64,000 bases of DNA from Octopus sinensis (taxonomy: Eukaryota), in the NCBI RefSeq assembly GCF_006345805.1, contig NC_043002.1:119102001-119166000 (forward strand), read 5' to 3'. Position numbers and translations under genes: made by a program. Shown here in pieces: positions 1-13,041 of this stretch; position 1 is the first letter of the stretch; every line of letters starts with the position of its first letter. The notes under the pieces are model-generated. The model had not been told where the DNA came from. It was given only the letters and a program-made list of their open reading frames with translations, and did no database searches.

Positions 1-1614
1 GGTTTCGGTCCCGTCTTCCGCGGCTGGATAGCTGCCTTGTACAGAGGCATCCGTTCGGTAATTCGCGTAAATGGACATCTATCGAGACCTTTCGACATTG
101 CACGTTCGGTCCGTCAGGGATGCCCCCTCTCGGCGCTTCTATACGTATTGACTCTTGAGCCACTACTGCGGAAGCTGGCGACTCTAAGGGGCATCCCGCG
201 AGAATTGGGATGCGGGACGAGCGTGTCTGCATACGCGGACGACGTCACCGTCATAGTGTCTAGCCACGAGCACATCGAGCTGGTCGGCGAGACACTGAAA
301 AACTACGAAGCGGTGACAGGAGCGAAAATCAACCGGGAAAAGTCAGTGGGCTTGCGACTAGGCACCTGGAGAAGCAAGCCCATGCCGTCCACCAGCGCCT
401 CCGTCGTGGGACGCTGGACCGACGGCCCGGTTGAGTTGCTCGGGGTCTGGTTTGGTCCGGACCTCCAAGTGGAGAAGAACTGGAACGAGATAACGAGTAG
501 GGTGGTCACTCTCGCCCGGCAATGGGCCGAGAGGAAACTGTCCCTAAAAGGTCGAGCGGAGGTGGCGAACACGTACATCGCGTCCGTCATCTACTACCGC
601 CTGACCGTCGTACCTTGTCCCGACCCTACCATCACCAAACTACAACGCATCCTCTTTCGCTTCTTGTGGAAAGGATGCGTCCCGATGGTCAGGCGATCCA
701 TTTGCTGTCAACACCCGTTAAAAGGAGGGCTGGGCATGCCGTGGTTGATGATGCGCAGACACGCGCTGAGACTGCGACATCTCTGGCTCTATGTAGACGA
801 CGGTGAACAGGTGTGGTCGCCGTTTGTGAGGCACGCTTTCCCGCAGCTCGTCTCCATGACCGAACTGCAGTCGTGGATCAAAAAGAGGCCGAGGAAGGGC
901 GAATGGCACCGCGAGTGTCGCGTTGCTCTCAAGCAACTCTGCCGTCCTGGGTCGACCTTAAGTGACTTCAACACAACCAAAGCATTCTATAGGGTTTAGT
1001 GGAGGGGAGGTACGACGACGAGCTCGGGGCGAACCTGGACGTCGACGAGGAGTACCTGACCCGCCTGTTCGGGACGACTTTCGGGCCAGGGCCCATGGAC
1101 AACTTCCAGAGATCCCTGGCCTGGCAGTGCTACCGAGAAGCGCTACCCGTTCGGGATAAGCTCTACAGACACGGCTCGAGAAACACGGGGCCGACCTGCC
1201 CGAGATGCGGTCAGAGCGACGAAACCGTTCTGCACGCACTCGTTCAGTGTCCAACAATTTCCGACCTGTGGGCTTATGTCGAACAACTGCTGTCACGTGT
1301 GGGACGAGTCGGTTTATCAGCTGAGTCTATCGTCAATATTGTCACGCCTCCTTCCTTCAAACGGGAAGGAAGAGCTATTTTTCATCCTTGTGGCTATGGC
1401 GAAAGAATGTATCTGGTGGACGCGTCTGAAAGGATTGGAGACAAACACTTTCCTCTCTGGTCAATCTCTCATCAACTTCTTCAAGTACCACTTGAAAAGG
1501 AAAGTGAGAGTAGAGAGGCAAGTTTTGTCTAGCGAATGTTTTAAAAAAAGATGGGTGAATGTAGCAAGAATGGCACGTATGAATGACGAAGCCACCTTGA
1601 GCATAGTCCTATGA
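1..1614 (+). pseudogene. ORF2 (reverse transcriptase + zinc finger) of the Tx1-like element, split by two 1-nt frameshifts
   Basis: ORFs 37-999, 999-1532 and 1276-1614 join into one protein if one G is added near 991-994 and one T is removed near 1378-1382. Confidence 0.8.
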
Positions 1615-2001
1615 ACCCAGAAATCGAAAACAGAGAGTTGCTTATTTGCAAAAAAAAAAAAAAAAAAAAAAGAAATATAAAATGTGACTTCATTGACCGA
1701 GGTTACCGTGGTCTTTTCCGCAGGCTTTTCTTTCCACGGGTAAACCTCACCTGTCCTCCCCTTTACACTTCATATTGACATTTCTGTGATAACGATCCCT
1801 ATTGATCATTTTTTTTCCTCTCCCCCCCCCCTTTTTTTTTTTTAACCCACCCTTTTTTTGTCCTCTTTCTCTCCTTTTACGATCCCTTTTGATCGAACCT
1901 CCCCCTTCCCTTTTTTTTTTTTTTTTTAATACCTTCAAAAGAAAAGCTCTACCTTGTATTTGTTCTATCTGTGTGCAGCCCTGTGTGGCTAATAAAGAAA
2001 C
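1..2001 (+). mobile_element. Tx1/L1-clade non-LTR retrotransposon, 3' portion (RT C-terminal half, CCHC zinc finger, 3' UTR); runs off the window edge
   Basis: The frame is open from base 1 (GFGPVFRGWIAALYRG...). RT motifs RQGCPLS and YADD, GGLG motif, then CPRCGQSDETVLHALVQCP zinc finger. Stop at 1614. The UTR has an A-run (~1649-1671), pyrimidine runs and AATAAA at 1991-1996. Confidence 0.9.
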
Positions 2002-2002
2002 A

Positions 2003-2054
<52 letters not shown>

Positions 2055-2112
2055 CATCCATCTATCTATCCATCCATCTATCTATCTATATATCTATCTA
2101 TCTATCTATCTA

Positions 2113-2149
<37 letters not shown>

Positions 2150-2279
2150 TTATCTATCTATCTATCTCATACATACGTACATACGCGCACCTACACGTAT
2201 GTACACATACACACATATATATGCATGTGTACGTATATATGGTGTATGTAGATGTACACACACATATATACGCATATAT

Positions 2280-2331
<52 letters not shown>

Positions 2332-2470
2332 GCATAAATGCATATATATGCATAAATGCATATATATGTGTGTGTATATGTATATATATGGTTTTGAATA
2401 TGTATTATATATACATGTACATACACACACACTCACGTGCGCGCGCACACACACACACACACACAGATAT
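2002..2470. repeat. Compound microsatellite (ATCT)n/(GTCT)n then AT/AC-rich
   Basis: Direct reading. Confidence 0.95.
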
Positions 2471-2549
2471 ATATCAATGTCGGGACCAGGTGAGTTCTGA
2501 GTTCCGCAAATATCTTTAGAATTAAGCATTAAAAAGGTTCCTCGCATTC

Positions 2550-2564
2550 ATTGCTGCTGCTGTT

Positions 2565-2599
<35 letters not shown>

Positions 2600-2625
2600 C
2601 GTTGTTGTTGTGGTTATTGTTGTTA
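2550..2625. repeat. (GTT/GCT)n microsatellite
   Basis: Direct reading. Confidence 0.9.
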
Positions 2626-2763
2626 ATCGTGTTGCTTTCGTTCGCTTCACGTTATTCTGTTGCGCCATTTTGTATTTAGACAAACGATGTTTTTGTTTTT
2701 CATTTCTTGAAATGTCGAAACGTATAATTAAAATTCTTCTAATTCTTTATACTTTACTCCACT

Positions 2764-3113
2764 AGTATGTATGTATGTATGTATGTATGTATGTATGTAT
2801 GTATGTATGTATGTATGTATGTATGTATGTATGTATGTATGTATGCATGCATGTATGCATGCATGCATGTATGTATGTATGTATGTATGTATGTATGTAT
2901 GTATGTATGTATGCATGCATGTATGTATGTATGTATGTATGTATGGATGCATGCATGCATGCATGCATGTATGTATGTATGTATGTATGCATGCATGCAT
3001 GTATGTATGTATGTATGTATGTATGTATGTATGTATGTATGCATGTATGTATGTATGTATGTATGTATTTATGTATGCATGTATGTGTACATACATGTAT
3101 GTATGCATACATG

Positions 3114-3144
<31 letters not shown>

Positions 3145-3295
3145 CAAACATATACATACATATAATAGTTGAATGATATATGTATATATACATACACATA
3201 TTTGTATTATATCTATATATATTATATATATAATATATATTATATATATATATATATAAATTATATTTATATATAATATACACACACACACACAT
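2764..3295. repeat. (ATGT)n/(ATGC) then (AT)n microsatellite
   Basis: Direct reading. Confidence 0.95.
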
Positions 3296-3345
3296 CTATG
3301 TTATGTATATATGTGTAGTATGCATATATGTGTGTATCTATGTTT

Positions 3346-3389
<44 letters not shown>

Positions 3390-3840
3390 ATCTGTTTATG
3401 TGTGTGTGCGTATACATGTATATATATTATATATATGCATATGTATCCTTCTCCTCTGTGTGTGTATACATTCATACCACACACACATATGCACCTTCGC
3501 AGGCAATGCACATACACTAACGCTGACACTCAAATCAACACACACGTTCCCAGACACCATTTGTCCTGCGAGATAGACCTATAGACTTACGTACAACTAA
3601 CGACACACTCAATTAGAAATGTCCAAATGTATCTGTTCGCACGCCATTACTTACACGCACACTACACACACTCACATACTCACACAGGCACATACACATA
3701 TCGACAGAACAGACATTCTCTCTTGCCTCCCCTCCCACTCTCCTTACTCCTGTCTAACACCTTTTCTTTCGTTCTTTCTCTCTCGGTCTCAATCTCAATT
3801 TGTTACAGTCTTTTTCCAGTTGCTGGACAGTCAAAAATTG

Positions 3841-3868
3841 TATTATTATTATTATTATTATTATTGTT

Positions 3869-3903
<35 letters not shown>

Positions 3904-3931
3904 TATTATTATTATTATTATTATTATTGTT

Positions 3932-3966
<35 letters not shown>

Positions 3967-4018
3967 ATTATTATTATTATTATTATTATTGTTATCATCA
4001 TCATCATCATCATCATCA

Positions 4019-4055
<37 letters not shown>

Positions 4056-4103
4056 ATCATCATCATATTCATCATCATCATTCTTCTCTTCTTATTATTA
4101 TTA

Positions 4104-4139
<36 letters not shown>

Positions 4140-4252
4140 TATTATATTATTATTATTATTATTATTATATTCTTATTATTATTATTATTATTATTATTAT
4201 ATTATTATAATCATCATCATATTCATCATCATCATTCTCTCTTATTATTATT

Positions 4253-4340
<88 letters not shown>

Positions 4341-4372
4341 CATTATTATTATTATCATTTTTATTATTATTA

Positions 4373-4403
<31 letters not shown>

Positions 4404-4473
4404 CATCATCATCATCATCATCATTATTATTTTTTATTATTATTATTATTATTATTATATATTATTATTATTA

Positions 4474-4511
<38 letters not shown>

Positions 4512-4610
4512 ACAGCAGCAGCAGCAGCTATAGTAGTAGTAGTAGCAGCAGCAGCTGTAATAGTTGAAGCAACAGCAGCAGCAGTTGTAGCAATAGAAGC
4601 AGCAACAGCA
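3841..4610. repeat. Compound trinucleotide array (TAT/CAT/AGT/AGC) with a ~60-bp higher-order unit repeated about 3 times at its start
   Basis: Direct reading; the (TAT)n-TGT-TAT-(CAT)n block recurs at ~3841, ~3903 and ~3966. Confidence 0.9.
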
Positions 4611-4980
4611 GGAGGCGCAATGGCCCAATGGTTAGGGCAGCGGACTCGCAGTCGGAGGATCACGGTTTCGATTCCCAGACCGGGCGTTGTGTGTTTATTG
4701 AGCGAAAACACCCAAAGCTCCACGAGCCTCCGGCAGGGGGTGGTGGCGACCCCTGTTGTACTCTTTCGCTCCAACTTTCTCTCACTCTTTCTTCCTGTTT
4801 CTTGTCCTCCCCAACTTCCTACGCAACCGCTGAGCCTGGATGCGCATTCATCCATCCGTCGATGCTCTCGGTGTCGGGGGTTGACCTGCTTTCTCTTCTG
4901 CGGGTCTTACGAATAGCAAAGGACCACGTTTCGGAATTCTCCCATCTTGCGAGCTGTGGGACGAAGACCGTTCGCTCAAC
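4611..4980 (+). mobile_element. tRNA-derived SINE (tRNA-Arg-like head, body B, tail T2)
   Basis: Head GGAGGCGCAATGGCCCAATGGTTAGGGCAGCGGACTCGCAGTC...GGTTTCGATTCC has A/B-box-like motifs. The body matches 42697-43084 but the 3' ~190 bp differ and end in AAC/AGC repeats. Confidence 0.85.
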
Positions 4981-4999
4981 AGCAACAGCAACAACAGCT

Positions 5000-5061
<62 letters not shown>

Positions 5062-5146
5062 TACTGTTTAGTCGTAAATCAGCACTGATTGAGTAGATGT
5101 GGTCAATGGTGTTTCCGTTGTAACCTTTTTCAATCATTTTAGACAT

Positions 5147-5547
5147 TACTAGCAGAATCGCCCGGCGTTGCTCGGGTTTGTAAGGGAAATAACTATATAA
5201 GCATTTTTAGGGATGTAAAATTTAATAGCCATCTCAATATGGCTAACCACAAAGGATAGGGGTGTTACTGTAGCTTTTTACGTTCTGAGATTTAGTAATA
5301 AATTTTTAGAGAGTTACTTCCCTTATATATGCCAAAAATGCATTAAAAATGGGAAAAATTGATGGTAAATATTTTAAAAATTCGTAGACTCATCGTAGAC
5401 ACGCGCTAATACCCAGAAGGGCTCGATATGAATCACGACTATAAGATACCCGGTTTTGGTTAAACTGCACCGCAAAATGTGGGAGTAGTTAGGAATCTAA
5501 ATCGTAGGAGACAGACAGCACACAACCTCACTTTTATATATAAAAAT
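5147..5547 (+). mobile_element. Helentron-associated non-autonomous element (HINE/DINE-1-like), copy 1
   Basis: Starts ACTAGCAG, has hairpin CCCGGCGTTGCTCGGG and inverted pair AAGGGAAATAACT/AGTTACTTCCCTT, ends GACAGACAG...CTTTTATATATA. Second copy at 61625-62030. The family assignment rests on architecture. Confidence 0.65.
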
Positions 5548-5756
5548 TTATCTAATACTAACTCATTCACTAAGTTCTGTTTGTAAGACGAAATAATGTG
5601 ATTTGATGAAGGTTTAACTGTTATTTCTAGCAGATTGATCGACAATCGAGAACAGTAGTTCATATGACCCTTGGCGGTCCATATAAGGCTTTGATAAAAT
5701 GTATATGCAATAACTGATCATACTTCCACAATGCATAAAATAGTTTAACAATTATA

Positions 5757-5932
5757 GGCGTAGGAGTGGCTGTGTAGTAAGTAGCTTGCTTTCCAACCAC
5801 ATGGTTCCGGGTTCAGTCCCACTGCGTGGCACCTTGGGCAAGTGTCTTCTACTATAGCCTCAGGCCAACCAATGCCTTGTGAGTGAATTTGGTAGACGGA
5901 AACTGAAAGAAACCCGTCGTATACACACACAC

Positions 5933-5964
<32 letters not shown>

Positions 5965-6200
5965 ATGTGTGTGTGTGTGTGTGTGTGTATGTGTGTGTGT
6001 GTATGTGTGTGTTTGTCCCCCCAACATTGCTTGACAACCGATGCTGGTATATTTACATCCCCGTAACTTAGCGGTTCGGCTAAAGATACCGATAGAATAA
6101 GTACTAGGGTTACAAAGAATAAGTCATGGGGTCGATTTGCTCGACTAAAGGCGGTGCTCTAGCATGGCCACAATAAAATGACTGAAACAAGTAAAAGAGT
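5757..6200 (+). mobile_element. tRNA-derived SINE family B (internal AT/GT microsatellite, CR1-like tail, AAAGAGT end)
   Basis: Matches copies at 15355, 17190, 33690, 38380 and 47780. Confidence 0.9.
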
Positions 6201-7799
6201 AATTTCTTATGCAATTCCTAATAATATTTAATAAGGGGTCCATAGATAAAAAAGTGGTTGAGAGCCATTGATCTAGAAGCATCCTCATTAAGTCGAAAGG
6301 AGGCAGTACAAGGCTTGGGTATTACTGATTCTTTTAATACCTCACCACGTCCCCGTTTGTATGGCTACTGCTGTTGATTTTCTATAAAATGAAGTCCCTA
6401 TCAAGTCAAAAACAACCACTAGTAGCTGTATAGACAAAACAACAACAAAATTTTTCAGGGGAGATTATAGAAAAGTTGTCTTCTGTTGCCTTCTCTATAC
6501 ATTTAGGTGGACTTGAATTTAACATTGTAGGTTTTTAAAAACGTTTTCTAACCCGTTCATAATGTAGAGCAGTGCCCATAAACCGTTTCGGGACCACCAA
6601 AACTATGGGAGGGATGAAGGAACGTATCTTCAAACAAGAGATATGGGTCAAATGTTTGCGACACCAAGGCTAAAATGGTGTTGCTGAACAGGGTGAGGGA
6701 GTAAATTCATCACCTAGCTAGGCTAAAGCGGGATTTAAACTCAAAACGTAAAGAATTGGAGCGAATATCGCTCGGCATCCCATCCAATGCTTACAATTCT
6801 GATAGTCTTAAACTTTTAATTAATTAATTTTTTTGACCCCAGAAGGACGAAAGGTAAGCTGACATTGACAGGATTTGAAATCAAAATGCAAAGAGACATT
6901 TCGTCCTCCGCTTTAAAGACTCTGCCAAACGAAACAGTTGTTAATTATTTAGTGTTCACGCTGATTATAGCAGTAAGCTGGTATCGATTTACACGTAAGT
7001 GAGTTAAGACCAGCGAGATTACACAGCATTTCTTGATGTCAACTTTCTAGACTCCACATTATTGCAATATTTACCAGTACCATAACAGCATATCAGTCAA
7101 GTTCCAGACACGACACATCAGTTAGATTCCCGTTCCAGACGTGACATATCAATTAGTTTTAATATTGATTTGAACTTTGAGCGTATTTCCCAACTGTTAA
7201 CATTGATTTCGGTGAAGTGGTACAGGTTACACATTTTAAGAAAAGTTGATTAATTCAGAGGGATAAAAGGCAAAGTTGACCTCGGCAGATTTTCTATAGA
7301 AATTGATTTCTTTCACAAGACCTCAAATTTGGGAGAAAGAAACAGTCGATTCTATCGACCTCAGTGTTTTATTTTATCAACTTCAGAAGAATAAAATACA
7401 AAGTGGCCACATCACGAAATGAACTTAGAACGTAAAGGACCGAAGCAATACTACAGGACATTTTGTCCGATTCCCTAATGATTTAGCCAACCCACTGCCC
7501 TTACCAACAGTTAACATTTTTTGTTTCAAGTTTTTGGCTTTAAATTTTGGGACAAGGCCAGTAATTATTAGAGGGGAGGAGTAAAGTCAATTACGTCAAG
7601 CCCAGTGTTCAATTGGTACTGAATTTACAGACCCAGAAAAGATGTCACACCCCCATATTCCAAAACATAGGACTCCAGGTTGAACCAAATCGACCAAACA
7701 TATACACTCATAAAGAACAAAAGACAATCCAAATCATTGAATACTGACAATACTGACAAGAGCCAAACTTCATACATTAACAAGACTAACAGTAGAAAC

Positions 7800-8150
7800 A
7801 CATGGAAGACCCAAATATGGTATATGCTTTAATCTGATGGTAGGATCAGAGATCCTTTTCAAATAAAAGCAACACTTCACAATAAAAAAATGTGGAGAGA
7901 ATTACATAGAACAAACTGGAGAGTCTATGAGACAACGCATGATTCTGCTTAGATCACAAAATAAAATACAGGAATACAGACAAATAGCACTCGGTGAACA
8001 TATAGACACAGATGCAGATAAGAAACAACCAAAGTTTACAATTTTCTCTCATATCAGTTTAGCGATTACATAATACAACAGCTCATCTACAAAGAAACAA
8101 TTTCCACAATCAAATACGTCCACTTCTAAATAACTGTGGGAGAGAAAGCT
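7800..8150 (+). pseudogene. Degenerate Penelope-like element, GIY-YIG endonuclease region
   Basis: From 7891 it translates CGENYIEQTGESMRQRMILLRSQNKIQEYRQIALGEHID, resembling the C..YIGQT...R.R...H motif of PLE endonucleases. Confidence 0.65.
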
Positions 8151-8299
8151 TCTACAGATACAAGATAGACTAACACAACCACTACGACTACTACATCTAC
8201 AAGTATTGCTGCAGCTGCGACGACTAATAGCCACTACTTAATAAGAAAGGAGAATTGTCATTGCTGGAACTGTTGTTACTACTACTACGACCCGGTAGC

Positions 8300-8625
8300 A
8301 ATCGGAAAGAAACAAAATACCAGGGGCGTGCTTCTGCTCTCTCTGCCTTTTCTACCGATACATTAAAGGCATTTGCTCATCAGATCAGGCTGGGCTCATG
8401 CTACCTTCACTCAGTTTTTTTCGATTCACTTGTCCCTTCTCTCGCCACTCCTTCTGTTTCCACCCCCAAAGCATCTCACAAATCACTATGCCCAGTTCTC
8501 TTTCTTCCCGGAACGTCGGGCTTCTGGAATTCCCTTCCTGCTTATGTCCTTTTCGTAGGTGTTGACTTGCAAAAGAAGCATTAATGACATCAGACTCACC
8601 GATCTTGGAAAGCCTGCGACGACCA
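8300..8625 (+). mobile_element. Degenerate 3' end of a CR1/L2-group LINE ORF2
   Basis: Fragments YRYIKGICSS and FFPERRAS / TSGFWNSLPAYVL resemble the conserved SFFPRT..LWNSLP terminus. Confidence 0.6.
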
Positions 8626-8953
8626 TAGACATTAGCATTTCTTCAGACCCAGCCACTAAAAAACAAAACAGAAAAACCCCCAAAACAACATTTTAACATG
8701 ATACATACATATATTACGAATACTACTTCCCTTCTTTTCTCTCACTCTCTGTAAGAAACGTCCACTTTTTTTATATTCTTACCATTCTCTGCTGTCCTTT
8801 GCTATATTCTTCCATATACTTTATTCTCTCTTGCTCTCTTTTCGTCTTTCTAATTGATATGTCCTAACTTTGCTTGACTTATTCCCTTCTGTACGTTTCT
8901 ACGTTGTTGTGTGCAAGTATTGCCTTTGTTAGGTTTGCATTTATTCGTTTGTT

Positions 8954-8984
<31 letters not shown>

Positions 8985-9119
8985 TTGTTGTGCAAGATTT
9001 TTTTATGTGAAATCGTGTGTTGAAACAGATATTGTTGGATTTAGGAATGGTCATTTTGCCAGTTTGATACTATCTTATGTAATGATAGGAATGGGATTTG
9101 TCCACTCTATAGGAGCAAG

Positions 9120-9515
9120 TCATGGAACACTATGGAAAGGACAAAGAAGAAAATAGGGAAGGCCAACTTTTGGTATGATAGCCACAAATACCAGAGTGTC
9201 ATGTTCGTCGACATCACCCCTAGAGGTGAACTGGCGTAGCGATTTAGGAGGACCCTAGACAAACTTAAGCTAAGGATTAAGGTTGTTGAAAAGCCAGGCA
9301 ACCCTATCAAATCCATAATCGGTAGAACCTACCCTTTTAGTAGACCCCCCTGTACGGATAGGTACTGTACTGTGTGTAGATTTAGCCCACAAACAAACTG
9401 TAAAGTCAGAAAAGTAGTCTATAGTATAAGATGTATAGAGGGACGATGCAATAACAAGACAACGACATACGTAGGGGAAACGGCAAGAAGCATAGGAGAG
9501 CGGGTAAATGAACTA
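9120..9515 (+). pseudogene. Penelope-like element remnant (linker cysteines + GIY-YIG)
   Basis: From 9189: YQSVMFVDITPRGELA*RF...IKVVEKPG...CTDRYCTVC...NCKVRKVVYSIRC...C...TYVGETARSIGERVNE. Confidence 0.85.
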
Positions 9516-9659
9516 GTTTCAATAGAACGGTAAGCCAACTTAGAACAATGTCAATGAAATAAATCTGCTTACGCAGCAGTAGTTTATATATTTGTTTTGT
9601 AACAATTTTTAATATACCTTTACAGATCTTGTACAGAGCCCTTAGCCTATACCTTGTTT

Positions 9660-10541
9660 GTATGTCAGTACGTATTTTTGCTTTGCAGTATTTCTTCTGG
9701 TTCTTTACATTCTGAGTTCAAATTCTACTGACGTCAAATTTACCTTTCATCCTTCTCTGAATCGATAAAATAAAACACCAGCCAAGTGGTAGGATCGATA
9801 TAATCGATTGTTACCCTTCATACAAATTATGCTTATGGTAGGAATTATGAGCATTATTAAGCAAGAGAAATAAAATAGGGCGTCGGAAAAAATCCTTTGC
9901 CGTATTTCTTACGGCTCTTTACGTTTTCAGTTCAAATCTCGCTATGGTTAACTTTGCCTTTTACTCCTCTGGGGTTGACCCTAAAAATTATTTGCCATGT
10001 GTCTAAAGAAGAAGCAGCAGTTATGAAGTAAGCAGGCGAACTGACAAAATCGTCAGCACGTCGGACAAAAATGTTTAGCGGCATTTCGTCCGTCTTTACG
10101 TTCTTAGTTCAAATTATGCAATGATCGACTTTGCCTTTCATCCTTTCGGGGTCGATAAAATAAGTACCAGTCAAGCACCGGGGTCGATAAAATAAGTACC
10201 AGTCAAGCACCGGGGTCAATAAAATAAGTACCAGTCAAGAACCGGGGTCGATGTAACTGACTTACACTTTCATACAAATTTTCAGGCCTTGTGTCTAAAG
10301 TATAAAGGATTATGATGATGACTAGGAGGGAAAATGAAATAGCAGAAGCAGTAGAGCGTTTAGTAAAGTACTTTGCAGTATTTGGTAGAATTTCTTTACC
10401 TTTTCGAGTTCAAATTTCACAAAGGCCAGCTCAGACTTTCAATTAAATAAACTCTAGTCATATACTAGATTGATAGATTTTAAACTATATTCTTCCTCAA
10501 AATGTGTAGTCTTTTGCCTGTAATAAAAAATCATTATCATT

Positions 10542-10593
<52 letters not shown>

Positions 10594-10640
10594 TATTATT
10601 ATTATTATTATTATCATCATTATTATCATCATCATCATCC

Positions 10641-10671
<31 letters not shown>

Positions 10672-10843
10672 CATCATCATCATCATCATCATCATTATTA
10701 TTATTATTATTATTATTCAATAGTTTTATTTTTTATAGCGTGCTTTCACTTCACTACCGAGCGCAGCTCTGTGTGCCTTGGGTATGTGCTGTGATTTGTT
10801 GTGATGCTCTGATGGTTATTGTATGGAAAGTGTTCTGCGTAGG

Positions 10844-10890
<47 letters not shown>

Positions 10891-11175
10891 GACGGTGAGC
10901 TGGCAGAATCGTTAGCAAGCCGAACAAAATGCTCAGCAGATTTCGTGCGTTTTTAAGTTCTGAATCCAAATTCCACCAAAGTCGACTTTCAGGGTCGATA
11001 AAATGTAATCGATTTACCTCCTTTAAAAAACTGTTGGCCCTGCGTCAAAATTTGAAATCTTTGTTGTTGTTGTTGTTGTTGTTGTTCTTCTTCTTCTTCT
11101 TCTTCTTCTTCTTCTTCTAAAATATATACCAGTTGAGCACTGGGGTCGATGTAATCGACTTAACTCATCACACTC
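9660..11175 (+). mobile_element. Cluster of degenerate SINE family A copies (AAGGCGGCGAGCTGGCAGAATCGTTAGC type) interleaved with (ATT)n/(ATC)n/(GTT)n
   Basis: Recurrent TTCTGAGTTCAAATT...GTCGACTTTGCCTTTCATCC...GGGGTCGAT motifs at ~9700, 9920, 10030-10310, 10400 and 10893-11175. Confidence 0.8.
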
Positions 11176-11192
11176 GTCGGCCTTGTACCAAA

Positions 11193-11249
<57 letters not shown>

Positions 11250-12129
11250 GTTGTTGTTGTTGTTGTTGTTGTTGTATTTATTAACACTATATCATTACTG
11301 ATGTCAATATACCTGTCATCAATCCTTTAAGCACGTTATGAGATTTTTCTAATGAATTTCTATTATTTATTGCTATTGTGAAACGTATTGATATTTGTAC
11401 TAAGAAGGATGATTACTATCATTGCAGGGAGGAATTCTGACTTCATATCTTTTAAGTATAATAAACTGTTTGCAGGTAAAGAAATCATCACCAAAAAGTC
11501 AGTAAAGAAAAAATAACAAATAAACAAACTAACAAAAAAACAACAACAAAAAACAAAAAATAAAATAGAAAGGAAAACGTCGAAATCACATGACTGTTTC
11601 GTGTTATTAAATTTTACATAGAACAGGACGCCAGCGGCAAATTTTCCCATTAATTGGTGGGGAAGAAACTGAAAAAGCTGATTCTTTGAGTGTCTTGTGA
11701 GATTTTGTATTGGTGTCGGTTAGTGAAATTGAATTTCCCTGACTGTCGCATTAAACACTGAATATCTTAAAGCTTTCAATAAAATTCATTAATTGTCGTT
11801 TAAGCATTGCATCGAGTTTTTAATGGCAGTCATAATTCCATATAACAGCAGTGTGCCATCCAATCAATGCTAACTCGATATGATCGATCATAAAGCATTT
11901 ATGTAATAAGTTGGCTTTGCTAAGCAAAGCAGCGAGTAAAATGCGATTGAATTAATTAGTCTGGATATCTTCAAAGTGTGTGAGTGAGGTGAAGGCAGTC
12001 GTTATTTGTCTCCGCACATTGCCTCTGGTAATTGTTATAATATTTAGAAAGGTGTTTCAAAGATATTAGACAGTAGGAGATCAAGATGACACGCCGTCAG
12101 ATATCACTTTTATTTACGGCAATGATCAG

Positions 12130-12480
12130 ATGCATGCATGTATGTATAGGTATGTATGTATGTATGTATGTATGTATGCATGTGTGTATGTGTGTATGCA
12201 TGATGTATGTATGTATGTATGTATGTATGTATGTATGTATGTATGTATGTATGTATGTATGTATGTATGTATGTATGTATGTATGTATGTATGTATGCAT
12301 GCATGTATGTATGTATGTATGTATGTATGTATGTATGTATGTATGTATGTATGTATGCATGTATGTATGTATGTATGCATGCATGTATGTATGTATGTAT
12401 GCATGTATGTATTATGTATGTATGTATGTATGTAAGTATGTATGTATGTTTGTATGTGTGTGCGTGCGTGTGTGCGTGCA
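12130..12480. repeat. (ATGT)n microsatellite
   Basis: Direct reading. Confidence 0.95.
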
Positions 12481-12507
12481 TATGTATACTATCAGACAAG
12501 CTATTAA

Positions 12508-12810
12508 GGCGCGTGGATTAGTGGTTAGTGTATTCGGCTCGCGATCGTAAAGTCGCCGGTTCGATTCCAGGGGGCGTGTTATGCCACTGAGCAAGACATT
12601 TTATTTCACGTTGCTTCAGTCCACTCTGCTGACAAAAATGAGTAGTACCTGTATTGTCACTCTCTGTGTCACGCTGAATCTCCTTGAGAACTACGTTAAG
12701 GGTACACGTGTCTGTGGAATGGTCAGCCACTCTCACGTTAATTTTACGAGCAGGTTGTTCTGTTGATCAGATCAACTAGAACCCTCTTCGTCGCAACCGA
12801 CGGTGTGTCA
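12508..12810 (+). mobile_element. tRNA-derived SINE with CORE-like body and tail T1
   Basis: tRNA-like head; CTGAGCAAGACATTTTATTTCACGTTGCTTCAGTCCACTC body shared with 60518-60775; tail shared with 42697-43084. Confidence 0.8.
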
Positions 12811-12815
12811 CGATG

Positions 12816-12915
<100 letters not shown>

Positions 12916-13041
12916 ATGTATGTTTAAGGAAACGTACTTGCATGGCAAGTGTCTTAATCAGATCGTGTATTGAAACTAAAACGATTATATTGTGGAATAT
13001 ACAGTCATTCAGAAATATGTCAAGATCGGTAACTTCTTTTG

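Noticed and set aside
4611-4700. SINE heads as real tRNA genes (also 20460-20536, 42697-42775, 57000-57076)
   Set aside because: The acceptor stem does not close and each continues into a SINE body bounded by TSDs or a tail.
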